Part shown: positions 28,806-38,144 of the stretch, one piece after another | Numbering within the stretch: the stretch's first letter is position 1 | Layout: each line of letters starts with the position of its first letter | Source of the DNA: a virus | Lineage: Duplodnaviria; Caudoviricetes | Direction: 5' to 3' (one strand) | DNA length: 59,304 bases | IMG/VR virus record: IMGVR_UViG_3300005805_000098 | Span: 1-59,304 of that record | Made by a program: the position numbers and the translations under genes | The notes under the pieces: generated by a model | What the model saw: only the letters and a program-made list of their open reading frames with translations | Database searches by the model: none | What the model was told of the DNA's origin: nothing

Positions 28806-29518
28806 TGGACGGACATATCAAGAGACTCTACGGTGTATTTAGGGCTGTAGTTGACGACAACAACGACCCACAACATCTTCGTAGATTAAAGGTAAAGGTA
28901 CAGTCAACTTCGTTTAATAGAGACGCGACAACAAACTGGATATGGCCTGTAATATCGACTAAACGTCCACCAGCCATTGGCTCTGGAGTTTACGTTATGT
29001 ATTTAGGTGGTGACCCAGACTATCCAGTATGGATAGGCGAATATGGAGATGAGCCCCAAGGTGTCTTTGCATACGGTTCTTGGTTCAGCACTGCAGACCA
29101 AACTGCTGCCGCTGCTAACACTGCCTATAACTTTACTGTAAATAATACTGATTATGAAGAAGGAATCTCTGTTATAGACAACTCAAAATTTACGGTAGAA
29201 GAAAGTGGAACCTACAACTTTCAGTTTTCTTCACAAATTCATCATAGAACTGGAGGTGGCGGTGGTCCTGGAGAAAGTATATGGATTTGGTTAAAGAAGA
29301 ATGGAACTAATATCGATAATTCAGCCACTAGATTAAACTTAAACTCTGGCAAGTATTCAGTGGCTGCTTGGAACTTTGTAATTGGTTTAGAGCACGATGA
29401 CTATGTGCAATTAGCATGGTCGACAGATACCGTAAATATGGCAATAGAGTACGAAACAGCCGCTAGTCCAAAGCCTGCGGTTCCCTCTCTGATAGTGACT
29501 ATGAACCAGATAGCCTGA
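28805..29518 (+). CDS. Baseplate spike protein (gpV/gp5 OB-fold) with C-terminal jelly-roll domain
   Basis: G.FRAVVDDN.DP..L.RLKVKV, P.IG.GV.VMY.GGDPDYPVWIG; C1q-like C-terminus. Confidence 0.8.
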   Translation: MDGHIKRLYGVFRAVVDDNNDPQHLRRLKVKVQSTSFNRDATTNWIWPVISTKRPPAIGSGVYVMYLGGDPDYPVWIGEYGDEPQGVFAYGSWFSTADQTAAAANTAYNFTVNNTDYEEGISVIDNSKFTVEESGTYNFQFSSQIHHRTGGGGGPGESIWIWLKKNGTNIDNSATRLNLNSGKYSVAAWNFVIGLEHDDYVQLAWSTDTVNMAIEYETAASPKPAVPSLIVTMNQIA

Positions 29519-29582
29519 GTTCAGCAGGTAAATGGGAGGCACTTAGACGAAAATAGACCTTTAGGTCGGAAGGAAGAGGAAA

Positions 29583-30293
29583 GTGACAGCGTCTTATCCA
29601 TCATCGGTGAAGTCGTTTACCACCAAGGTAGACTTCACGGACACAGTCCTTGCCGAACACGTAAATAGCCTTCAGTTAGAAGTTGTGGCTCTTCAGGAAA
29701 ACCTTGGAACAGCCATAAAGACAGGCTCTGGCTGGGTCGGAGTGTTTGACCTAGCAACAACAAACTGGAACACCTTGAAAGACCGTCTTGCTAATATGGA
29801 GTACGGAATCAAGGAAATTTATGACCGCTATGTGTCTGATGTTGGTGGTTCAACAATCATTCCTTCAGGCTCTTCAATTGTTGGTTTAAATATAAAGGCT
29901 GCTTCTGGACAAACTGCAAATTTATTAGAGGCTAGAAACTCCAGCAATACAGTTGTATTTAGTGTAGATAGTTCAGGCATTCCTAAATATTCATCTAACA
30001 CATTAGCCACAGTAACAGGTACAGAGACTTTTCAAAATAAAACAATTTCTGGCTCTAACAATACTTTTTCTGATATTCCACCAACTGCTGTTATCGTAAC
30101 TGGAACAACAGATATAAAAGAATACACAGATGCAAGACCTACCGTTGTGTATTCTGCAACACAGCCTGATGCAGTAACACTAGGTTATCCAGCAGGAACT
30201 ATTTGGGTAGACTCTTCATCCGATGTTGATGAAACTCAAGTATCAGTATCTAGTGGTTCGTTAAACGATACATTGATGTTGATGGGAGGCTGA
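29583..30293 (+). CDS. Minor tail/fibre protein
   Basis: A.YPSS.KSF..K.D..D.V.AEHVNSLQ.E N-terminus; ends DTLMLMGG. Confidence 0.6.
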   Translation: MTASYPSSVKSFTTKVDFTDTVLAEHVNSLQLEVVALQENLGTAIKTGSGWVGVFDLATTNWNTLKDRLANMEYGIKEIYDRYVSDVGGSTIIPSGSSIVGLNIKAASGQTANLLEARNSSNTVVFSVDSSGIPKYSSNTLATVTGTETFQNKTISGSNNTFSDIPPTAVIVTGTTDIKEYTDARPTVVYSATQPDAVTLGYPAGTIWVDSSSDVDETQVSVSSGSLNDTLMLMGG

Positions 30294-30294
30294 G

Positions 30295-30681
30295 ATGGCA
30301 AAACCCTCTTATGTTTGGACTGGTACGGAATGGTTACCTGTTGCTTCAGCATTTCCAACTGCGCATCAAAGAATAGTCTCTTATGAAGCAGGAACATCAC
30401 TAACACTAGATGTAAACGATACGGGTAAGGCTCTAGTGTTCAGTAGCAGCGACCCTGTAACAGTAACTATTCCAGATGACTCTACATACGAGTTTGTTGT
30501 TGGTCAGACATTTCTTTTGGTACAGAACGGTTCAGGAACAGTGTCTGTTACTACTGAAAGTTCTGCAACAATCTCTTCAACAGCGGGAACAGGAACAGTA
30601 GATTTAAACGGACAGTATGCTGTAGCCACATTGGTAAAAATTGACAGCGATGAATGGATTATCTACGGAGACATTGCTTAA
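30295..30681 (+). CDS. Minor tail/fibre protein
   Basis: D.GK...VT.P...F..GQ...Q...G.V...QY..ATL.K..D.W..YGD pattern of fibre domains. Confidence 0.55.
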   Translation: MAKPSYVWTGTEWLPVASAFPTAHQRIVSYEAGTSLTLDVNDTGKALVFSSSDPVTVTIPDDSTYEFVVGQTFLLVQNGSGTVSVTTESSATISSTAGTGTVDLNGQYAVATLVKIDSDEWIIYGDIA

Positions 30682-30694
30682 GAGGAGCGCATAA

Positions 30695-32656
30695 GTGGCA
30701 CGTTACGGCACGTTTACCTATGGAGCAGCAAAGTATGGTCTACAACCAAAACTTGCTTACTCTGTTGAACCTATGTCTTTGGTTGTTTTAGACTTTAATA
30801 AAACTAAAATTGAATGGCAGTCTCCTACAGGCGATTTTACAAAAATACGACTTGTAAGAAGTCAAGTAGGCTATCCAGAAACTGCCGAAGATGGAGAAAT
30901 TGTTTGGGAAGAAGCGGCAACAGAAGGTAACGTTTCTCGCCTTTCTTTTGTAGATTCTGAAGACGGAACTGGATTAACAGACATACTTCCTGGTAGACAG
31001 ATTTACTATCGAGTATTCCTGTTTATTGATTTAGGGTACTGGTTAGTTGCAGGAGAGATAACAGACACCGTTCCATCTGACCACAGTGCTCAACGCCGAA
31101 TAATGGACATTATTCCCAAGGTCTACACAAGCGCTGTTCAAAGTCCTTTAGGAGTAACTGATGAAACATCAGCGCTCTACTCATTTATAGAGGGCATGTC
31201 ATTTACATACGAACAGTTACTGACTCAAATAGACCTGCTTAAACCCAACAGTTCTAACGCCGAAGAAACGGCTTTTAATCTCTTGCCTCTAGAGACTTTG
31301 AATTTTGGATTAAATCCAGAGCCTAGTCTTCCAGTAAAAAGTCAAAAGAGACTTATACGAGAAGCAATCTACATGTACAAAAACAAGGGGCTTCAAACTG
31401 GGCTAGAGACATATGCAGAGTGTTTAACTGGATATGAGCCAGACATAACGGTGTCTCCTAACCTGATGCTGACTGCTCAAGATTCTACCTTTTATGGAGG
31501 AACAGGAAACTGGGTAACTAACACTTGTGCGTTGACCTCAAGTGACGAACAAGTTGCTGTATCAACAGACTATGTGATTGATGAGGTTTATTCTGGAAAA
31601 GTAGTGGCCACAGGTGCTGCATACATACAATTAGGTGCTGACGACCCAATTCGTAAAGGCGTACCAGTAAAAACAGAAGTCGACTTTACTTTCGGGTATA
31701 AATACAAGTCTCCTGCAAGCGCGGGAACAGTAACGCTGACAGTAAAGTTCTACGACAAAGACGGTACAGATTTGGCGTCTGATTTTGTTGGAACATCTAA
31801 CTCTGCTAATAACACTTGGCAAACATCTTGGCAAACTGCAGAAACTCCAGCAGACGCTGTCTACGCTTCTTTAAAATTAAGTTTCAGTGCTGCTGGGACC
31901 TACTATGTTGACCAAATATATGTTGAGAACGGTGAAAACACAGATAACACTTCTTACAAAGAAGCAAGAGCAATAGATATATTTTTAAATTCAAACAAAG
32001 CAAACTATGTTTTAAATCCATCTTTTGAAGTAGACACGGCTACGTGGACAATAACTGCTGATGACGATTCTTTAGACTCTGATGTACCTGCAGACTCTCC
32101 AGGTGGAACACAGTCTCTGCTCTTAGACATAGCCTCTGGAGCAACGTTAGAGACTACGACTGCCGCTGCGCCAAGGCTAGATAGTTATTACACACTTTCG
32201 TTTTATGCCAAAGCATCTGAAGAGGTTTCCTTAGACATTGAGTTAACTCCCCAGGACGACGGAACGCCTCTCAATGGAGTAATGACAGGCACTACCTTAA
32301 CCACAGATTGGCAGAGATTTTCAACTACTGTTTACGTTAGCGCTGAAGACATAGAGACCTTCTTAGAATTTGCAATAAACGTTGAGGTAGGCAGTGCCTC
32401 TGGTGGCAGTGCGTGGTTCGAAGGCTTCCAATTGGAAGCGGGTCCTGAGATGACCGATTACTTTGACGGTGCTCTAGCCACACAGTACGGCGCGGTTTGG
32501 GAGGGGACACCTCATAACTCGGTCTCGCATCTGTACTACAGCAAAGACTTTAAGGTTCCAAGACTCTACCGAACAATCATCGATTGGGTTCCAGCAAACA
32601 GCCTGTGGATTGTGCGCTCTCACGAAGGTGTGGAGGCTAATACAACTACGGTATAG
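30695..32656 (+). CDS. Baseplate wedge/tail protein (P2 gpI-like) with carbohydrate-binding-like domains
   Basis: R.LIREA..MYKNKG...GL central motif; NPSFE, YTLSFYAK, QLE.G...YFDG. Confidence 0.65.
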   Translation: MARYGTFTYGAAKYGLQPKLAYSVEPMSLVVLDFNKTKIEWQSPTGDFTKIRLVRSQVGYPETAEDGEIVWEEAATEGNVSRLSFVDSEDGTGLTDILPGRQIYYRVFLFIDLGYWLVAGEITDTVPSDHSAQRRIMDIIPKVYTSAVQSPLGVTDETSALYSFIEGMSFTYEQLLTQIDLLKPNSSNAEETAFNLLPLETLNFGLNPEPSLPVKSQKRLIREAIYMYKNKGLQTGLETYAECLTGYEPDITVSPNLMLTAQDSTFYGGTGNWVTNTCALTSSDEQVAVSTDYVIDEVYSGKVVATGAAYIQLGADDPIRKGVPVKTEVDFTFGYKYKSPASAGTVTLTVKFYDKDGTDLASDFVGTSNSANNTWQTSWQTAETPADAVYASLKLSFSAAGTYYVDQIYVENGENTDNTSYKEARAIDIFLNSNKANYVLNPSFEVDTATWTITADDDSLDSDVPADSPGGTQSLLLDIASGATLETTTAAAPRLDSYYTLSFYAKASEEVSLDIELTPQDDGTPLNGVMTGTTLTTDWQRFSTTVYVSAEDIETFLEFAINVEVGSASGGSAWFEGFQLEAGPEMTDYFDGALATQYGAVWEGTPHNSVSHLYYSKDFKVPRLYRTIIDWVPANSLWIVRSHEGVEANTTTV

Positions 32657-32665
32657 GATGTCCTT
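32654..32665 (+). promoter_or_regulatory. -10 element of leaderless promoter
   Basis: TAGGAT-GTCCTT-ATG; the TAG doubles as the upstream stop codon. Confidence 0.5.
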
Positions 32666-32938
32666 ATGACAGACCTACTACTATCAGTTTTACTTTCTGG
32701 ACTAGCCGTAACTTATATCCTAGAACTACTTGATTTAACTCTTCTAGGTGCTTGGATAGGTAAATCTAATATAAACATTTTCTTTGCGCTTCCGTTAAGT
32801 TTTGGCGCTCTGTATGTTTTGAATGGTATTGACCTCAATTTGGCAGTTACCGTTCCAGCCACTACCTTCGTATCCTTGGTATTGGCCAAGTTTTTGAACA
32901 GACCAACGGTAGTGCAGTCTCGTCTGCCACGTTTATAA
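32666..32938 (+). CDS. Small membrane protein (holin candidate)
   Basis: 90 aa, about three hydrophobic segments, basic C-terminus. Confidence 0.45.
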   Translation: MTDLLLSVLLSGLAVTYILELLDLTLLGAWIGKSNINIFFALPLSFGALYVLNGIDLNLAVTVPATTFVSLVLAKFLNRPTVVQSRLPRL

Positions 32939-32947
32939 GGAGGGGTT

Positions 32948-33526
32948 ATGAAAAGAATTCTTGTTCTGCCATTTAAAGACGGTAACGTTGAAGAAGGATT
33001 ACGGCGCTTAATACAACTAAATAAAGACGCAACAGTAGTTCTGCCAATAATTGCTGATTATCAAGACTTTATACTTTCTTCAGCAAAGGCTCTTCAAGAC
33101 ACTAAAGCAAAGTATCACTTGTTCTTTAGTGATGGAGACAATGTGGATGTGCTTGCTCTTGGTGCTCATGACTTAACGCTCTGCTCGAATCCTCTAAAAG
33201 AGATACTCAGAGAAGTAACTTCTGAAGATGTTATGGCATTGGTTTGGGAAGACAGCATTGAGGCTCATCTTGCATTACACGCCGTTGAAGATTTTGCAAT
33301 AGAGACTTGGAACATAGAGAATGGTCTAGAGGTCGTCGAGGTCGAGATAGACGAAGACGACGAGTCAGACCTGCTTTACGAAGAGATGCAGGAAGCACTC
33401 TCTAACTTCATTGAGGCATTCGCTATCTACATCCAGGACGGAGTCCTAAACACAATCAGCAAGGCCGTAGAAGAGCGCCTTCGTGAGGACATCGACAAGA
33501 AAGACTTCAGACCCTTCGATAAGTAG
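32948..33526 (+). CDS. Hypothetical acidic protein
   Basis: 192-aa ORF with GGAGG SD. Confidence 0.55.
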   Translation: MKRILVLPFKDGNVEEGLRRLIQLNKDATVVLPIIADYQDFILSSAKALQDTKAKYHLFFSDGDNVDVLALGAHDLTLCSNPLKEILREVTSEDVMALVWEDSIEAHLALHAVEDFAIETWNIENGLEVVEVEIDEDDESDLLYEEMQEALSNFIEAFAIYIQDGVLNTISKAVEERLREDIDKKDFRPFDK

Positions 33527-33535
33527 GATGCGCCC
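33524..33535 (+). promoter_or_regulatory. -10 element of leaderless promoter
   Basis: TAGGAT-GCGCCC-GTG. Confidence 0.5.
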
Positions 33536-34504
33536 GTGAAAATGCCACACAGGGCTTTTTCGGCCCCTATAACCGATTACCAGTTCAGGCTTCTGGCTTT
33601 GCTATGCCATAAATCGGGCTCTGAAGGCTCTGTAGACCTTGACGTTGAACAGATGAGGTCAGGCACTGGCAACGTATCTGAAAAGACCGTCAGAAGGGCT
33701 CTGAAGGCTTTAGAAGGGCACGGCTTCCTGACCCGTAAGAGAACCAAAAGGGCTAACGGCTATAGAGGCAAAGACGAGTATCGGCTAACCTACTGGACAG
33801 AAATGTCCACTAGTCTAGGGGACGCAAATGTCCACACCTCACATGACTATAGGTCACGTAGTAAAAAGACTATTAAGCCATTAGTACCTAATAGCCAAGA
33901 TAGTAATCAATTAAAAGATTTTAGAAACACCGAAGGTGTTTCTCTGAAAGAGGTGAAGGTTCCTATGAGAAACTATGACGATGGAGATGACTTGGCAGGC
34001 TTTGGACTTGTTGAACCAAAAGATTCGCCACAGAAAAAACTTTCCAAGCGCGACCCCAAGACCCGTGGAAAGAGGCCAGAGCATGAGTGGACCCCAATGG
34101 ATGTCGCTGCAGAGTTTTCTTTTCGCGTTGGGCGTAAGTACCCCCTTCTTCCAGGAACAGTCAATGTCAGAGCACTTTCAGGAGCCCTCTCAAAGTTTAG
34201 AAAGCAGTACGGAACAACTGCATTAATTGAACTTGAACTGCTCCGTATATTTATGGCAGATGAAAGTAACTTTAAAAGCATTGGTGATGAAGCGCCTAAT
34301 CTTTATAAACTTTATCTCGCTTCGTTTGGCAAGAAAATGAACCAAGCACGAGAGAATTTAGGTCTTGGAAGAATTTCCGAAAAGAAACTTCCTACAGATA
34401 AGATGGCTGTTCTCATAGCAAGTGATGGTCGTGAATTCCAGAACTCAATGTCTGGAAGAGCGCAATTAGAGCGTTACGAAAAGAAGATACAGGGGGCCAA
34501 ATAG
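33536..34504 (+). CDS. Replication initiator-like protein with N-terminal winged HTH
   Basis: SEKTVRRALKALEGHGFL.R HTH; precedes a DnaC-like loader; contains internal DNA repeats. Confidence 0.7.
   Translation: MKMPHRAFSAPITDYQFRLLALLCHKSGSEGSVDLDVEQMRSGTGNVSEKTVRRALKALEGHGFLTRKRTKRANGYRGKDEYRLTYWTEMSTSLGDANVHTSHDYRSRSKKTIKPLVPNSQDSNQLKDFRNTEGVSLKEVKVPMRNYDDGDDLAGFGLVEPKDSPQKKLSKRDPKTRGKRPEHEWTPMDVAAEFSFRVGRKYPLLPGTVNVRALSGALSKFRKQYGTTALIELELLRIFMADESNFKSIGDEAPNLYKLYLASFGKKMNQARENLGLGRISEKKLPTDKMAVLIASDGREFQNSMSGRAQLERYEKKIQGAK
33795..33910. repeat. Candidate origin iterons within the initiator gene
   Basis: GGACAGAAATGTCCAC (33795-33810) and GGACGCAAATGTCCAC (33820-33835), then TGACTATAGGTCA and an AT-rich tract. 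Confidence 0.5.
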
Positions 34505-35226
34505 TGTACGACGTAAACCAGTTATCGTCTATTAAAAAGCATTGGCTTTTGCGCACTTCAAATATTCCACGTCGTTTTCTAGGTCTTGAGATAAAGGATT
34601 TAGTTGAGCGTTCAGGAGAAGTTCCACTGCAGTATGAACAGTGGATTGATGATGTTGTTAACGGTCTTGTTATAAAGCAGGTTGGCAACATTGGAACTAA
34701 CGGCGTCGGTATGCTCTTTGATGGAGGGCCTGGAATCGGCAAAACAACTCACGCAGTTGTTGCGGCTATGGAGGTGGTCCGACGTCTCCCAGAGGATGAC
34801 GAAGAGGCTCGTAAGATTTTGGGAATGAATGCGAGCGATTATGGCCTCAATGCTCGCCCTATCTACTACATGACTTATCCTGAGTTTTTATCGAAGAAAA
34901 AGTCGACCTTCGATGCAGACCCAGAGGACAAGAAGCAGATGGTTTATGAAATTGATGGGCTTCATGGTCGCTCTAAAATCGATTTTTTGAACGTCAGATT
35001 ATTGGTCATTGATGACCTCGGAAAAGAATATGGTTCAAAGTACGATGACACATCCTTTGATGAGATACTTCGTTCTAGGTATGACAAGGCGCTACCTACG
35101 ATAGTTACCACCAATGTCATGCTGGAGAATTGGCAGGACAAGTATGGCGATGCAATGGGAAGTTTTGCCCAAGAGGCGTTTGTACGAGTTCCAATATTCG
35201 GTTCCGATTTGAGGGGAGCATTATGA
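34504..35226 (+). CDS. DnaC/IstB-like AAA+ helicase loader
   Basis: GGPGIGKT Walker A, LLVIDDLGKE Walker B, R.R...LPTIVTTN. Confidence 0.85.
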   Translation: MYDVNQLSSIKKHWLLRTSNIPRRFLGLEIKDLVERSGEVPLQYEQWIDDVVNGLVIKQVGNIGTNGVGMLFDGGPGIGKTTHAVVAAMEVVRRLPEDDEEARKILGMNASDYGLNARPIYYMTYPEFLSKKKSTFDADPEDKKQMVYEIDGLHGRSKIDFLNVRLLVIDDLGKEYGSKYDDTSFDEILRSRYDKALPTIVTTNVMLENWQDKYGDAMGSFAQEAFVRVPIFGSDLRGAL

Positions 35227-35531
35227 AAGGCGGAAGTGTGCAGACTTCGTGGAGAACAATACAGTTGTTCATCTCTGCGCAGGCTGCTGGCATTTTTGAA
35301 GTTGAAGTCGATACTGAGACAAAGAGACTTCGTTGTAGTTGTCCAAAATGGAAAAAGCAATTTGATTGCAAACATGTCCGTTTTGTCCATGAGCGTATGC
35401 AGTTAAACGGCGGACAATACTCGGTATTGATACCAGAAGAAGTTCCTGAAGAGTTAGCGCTTGAGGCAAACTATAACGCTGAAAAGTTTCGAGAGTTTGT
35501 AGTCAAGTACGCTAAAATAGAAGTCATATGA
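35223..35531 (+). CDS. SWIM zinc-finger protein
   Basis: CSCP......CKH; start at ATG 35223. Confidence 0.7.
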   Translation: MKGGSVQTSWRTIQLFISAQAAGIFEVEVDTETKRLRCSCPKWKKQFDCKHVRFVHERMQLNGGQYSVLIPEEVPEELALEANYNAEKFREFVVKYAKIEVI

Positions 35532-35944
35532 AAGACGGAGACATATCAAATGTCTCCTCTCCACAACTTATAGCCACTACTGATGTAGTGATAAAGTTAG
35601 TTGAAGAAGAGACTCGTAGACTTTTAGGTAAGAAAACTTCCTATAAAGTGGGAGACATAGAACTTCTTGCTGCAAACAAACTTTGGCTTTTGTCTAACAA
35701 CTATGGGCTATCCTTGGAACTTGCTGGTTTTGAGTCAGAAGGTTGGTCTGAAGAGTTACTTGATAAAGCATTTGAAAAATTGGAAAGGCGTGTAGTAAAT
35801 CCTTTCAATTATTGGCAGTTGTATGAGAACGTTGATGAGTTGGTAGGATTGATTCCGTATCGACCCAACTTGAAGGGCATTATCGATAAGCCTGACCGAG
35901 TTGCGAGATATGGTTCGGCAGGTATAGAACTAGCCAATCTTTAA
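35528..35944 (+). CDS. Hypothetical protein
   Basis: 138 aa, coupled start. Confidence 0.55.
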   Translation: MKDGDISNVSSPQLIATTDVVIKLVEEETRRLLGKKTSYKVGDIELLAANKLWLLSNNYGLSLELAGFESEGWSEELLDKAFEKLERRVVNPFNYWQLYENVDELVGLIPYRPNLKGIIDKPDRVARYGSAGIELANL

Positions 35945-35961
35945 CCCTGGAGGGAGGGCGC

Positions 35962-37209
35962 ATGGCAGCGGACAATGAACACCGCTTAGTTAGTAAGGTC
36001 ATTCGTGACCGCGACATTATTCCTGCGCTGTCTCGTGGTGTACAGGATGCGTGGTTTTTAGATGAAGATAATCGTAAAGTTTGGAACTTTGTTCGAAAGC
36101 ATTACAGCGAATACCGTGAAGTTCCTACAGCAACCACTGTAAAAGACCACTATCCAAACTATAAAGTTTTAGATGTACAAGACACTGTTGAGTATCTTCT
36201 TGACACGATGGTTGATTTCCGTCGTCGTCTTCTTACTCGTCAAGGCTTAGAGACTGCAGTCGAACTTCTTCAGGACAATAATCATGATGCTGCTCTGCTT
36301 GCTATGGAGCAGGTAATTGCCAAAGTAAATGAGCAGGGCGTTCTTGGAACGCATGAAGTCGACTTATCAAAGAACACTGAGCAGAGATATGAAGACTACA
36401 AAGCGTTACAGAGCAAGACATTTCTAGGAATACCTACAGGATTTGAAAAGATTGATGAGGCAACTGCAGGTTTGCAGGGCGGTCAGTTAATCACCATCAT
36501 CGCTCCACCAAAGACGGGTAAATCGCAGATTGCATTGCAGATGGCTATCAATGTTCATAAGTTGGGCAAAGTACCAATGTTCCAATCGTTTGAGATGAAC
36601 AATCACGAGCAACAGCAGCGTCACGATGCAATGCGTGCTCAGATATCCCATGGTCGTCTTCGTCGTGGAAAGTTATTGCCAGCAGAAGAATCTCGTTACA
36701 TAGACATGCTCAATGACATGGAGAAGTTGCACCCATTCCATTTAGTTGACGCCGTAAACGGAATCACAGTATCAGCGTTGTCAGCAAAGATTGAGCAGTG
36801 CAATCCCGACATTATATTTGTAGACGGTGTCTATTTGATGATGGACGAAATTACTGGAGAGATGAACACCCCTCAAGCAATTACCAATATCACCCGTGCA
36901 TTGAAGCGCCTTGCTCAAAAGATTAATAAGCCAATAGTTATTACTACTCAGACTCTTCTTTGGAAGATGCGTGCTGGTAAAGTCACCGCAGATTCAATCG
37001 GTTATTCATCTTCGTTCTTCCAAGACTCAGATGTAATTATTGGTCTTGAGCCAGTTGAAGAAGACGAAGAGATTCGCCTATTAAAGATTGTGCAATCACG
37101 TAACTGCCCACCAAGTGAGACTGCTATTACATGGCGTTGGGAGACTGGCTGCTTCCACGATGAGTCCTTCATGACCAAGTGCACGTACTGCATGAACTGG
37201 GGCAGATGA
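35962..37209 (+). CDS. dnaB: DnaB-like replicative helicase
   Basis: GIPTGF..ID..T.GLQ.GQL, APPKTGKS, SFEM, FVDGVYLM, QDSDVI. Confidence 0.92.
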   Translation: MAADNEHRLVSKVIRDRDIIPALSRGVQDAWFLDEDNRKVWNFVRKHYSEYREVPTATTVKDHYPNYKVLDVQDTVEYLLDTMVDFRRRLLTRQGLETAVELLQDNNHDAALLAMEQVIAKVNEQGVLGTHEVDLSKNTEQRYEDYKALQSKTFLGIPTGFEKIDEATAGLQGGQLITIIAPPKTGKSQIALQMAINVHKLGKVPMFQSFEMNNHEQQQRHDAMRAQISHGRLRRGKLLPAEESRYIDMLNDMEKLHPFHLVDAVNGITVSALSAKIEQCNPDIIFVDGVYLMMDEITGEMNTPQAITNITRALKRLAQKINKPIVITTQTLLWKMRAGKVTADSIGYSSSFFQDSDVIIGLEPVEEDEEIRLLKIVQSRNCPPSETAITWRWETGCFHDESFMTKCTYCMNWGR

Positions 37210-38144
37210 TGGATGTAGAAAAGACACTACTAGCACTTGACTTGCCACTGGCAGCACAACGTGGCGATGAAGTTAATGGTCTTTGTCCTATGCACAAGAA
37301 GCGCACAGGAAAAGAAGACCATCATCCATCTTGGTGGATAAACATAGTTACTGGTGCACACATTTGTTTTTCTTGCGGTTACAAGGGAAACCTGTACACA
37401 TTAGTTCGTGATTTGCGTGGCATTGATTACCACGAAGCAAAAGAATACATTGACGGTCAAACAGAACTGCCAATCGATTCGTTGCTTCGTCGCATTAAGG
37501 ATTTACCACAATATGTACAGCCTGAAGCAGAGCCAATAGGTATGTCAGAGGCTCGCTTGGCTGTGTACTCAGAGCCTCCTGCATTTGAGTTAAAAAAGCG
37601 ATTCCTAACTGCAGAAGCAGCAAAGCACCACGGCGTACTTTGGGATGTAAGTCATTCAGCATGGATTCTTCCTATCCGCCATCCCGATACGTTTGAGTTA
37701 ATGGGATGGCAAGAAAAGGGTGCTTCAGGTCGCTTTTTTCGCAATCAACCGCAGGGCGTAAAGAAGTCAAAGACTGTGTTCGGTGTTGAAGTGATGGCTA
37801 CCGACATCCTTGTTGTTGTCGAATCCCCGTTAGATGTTGTTCGACTTAGATGCGCAGGAGTAGAAGGAGCAATCTCTACATTCGGTGCAATTGTCAGTGA
37901 AGACCAAGCAAAGATTATGCGCAGAGCAGAGAAGGTAATTGCAGCGTTCGATAAAGATGAAGCAGGATTAAAAGCAGCAGAGTCGATGCGCCCACATGCT
38001 CGCAAGTATGGTTTGAACTTGTTCTTCTTTGACTATAAGAGCATAGATGTAAAAGACCCAGGCGATATGACTGTAGATGAGATTCATCGCGGTATAGAGA
38101 ACGCCAAGTCTTATGTCCTAGGCAAGGAGGCATTCCTTGTTTAG
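37206..38144 (+). CDS. DNA primase (Zn finger + TOPRIM)
   Basis: CPMH...CFSCG, VVESPLD, AFDKDEAG, KDPGD. Confidence 0.9.
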   Translation: MMDVEKTLLALDLPLAAQRGDEVNGLCPMHKKRTGKEDHHPSWWINIVTGAHICFSCGYKGNLYTLVRDLRGIDYHEAKEYIDGQTELPIDSLLRRIKDLPQYVQPEAEPIGMSEARLAVYSEPPAFELKKRFLTAEAAKHHGVLWDVSHSAWILPIRHPDTFELMGWQEKGASGRFFRNQPQGVKKSKTVFGVEVMATDILVVVESPLDVVRLRCAGVEGAISTFGAIVSEDQAKIMRRAEKVIAAFDKDEAGLKAAESMRPHARKYGLNLFFFDYKSIDVKDPGDMTVDEIHRGIENAKSYVLGKEAFLV

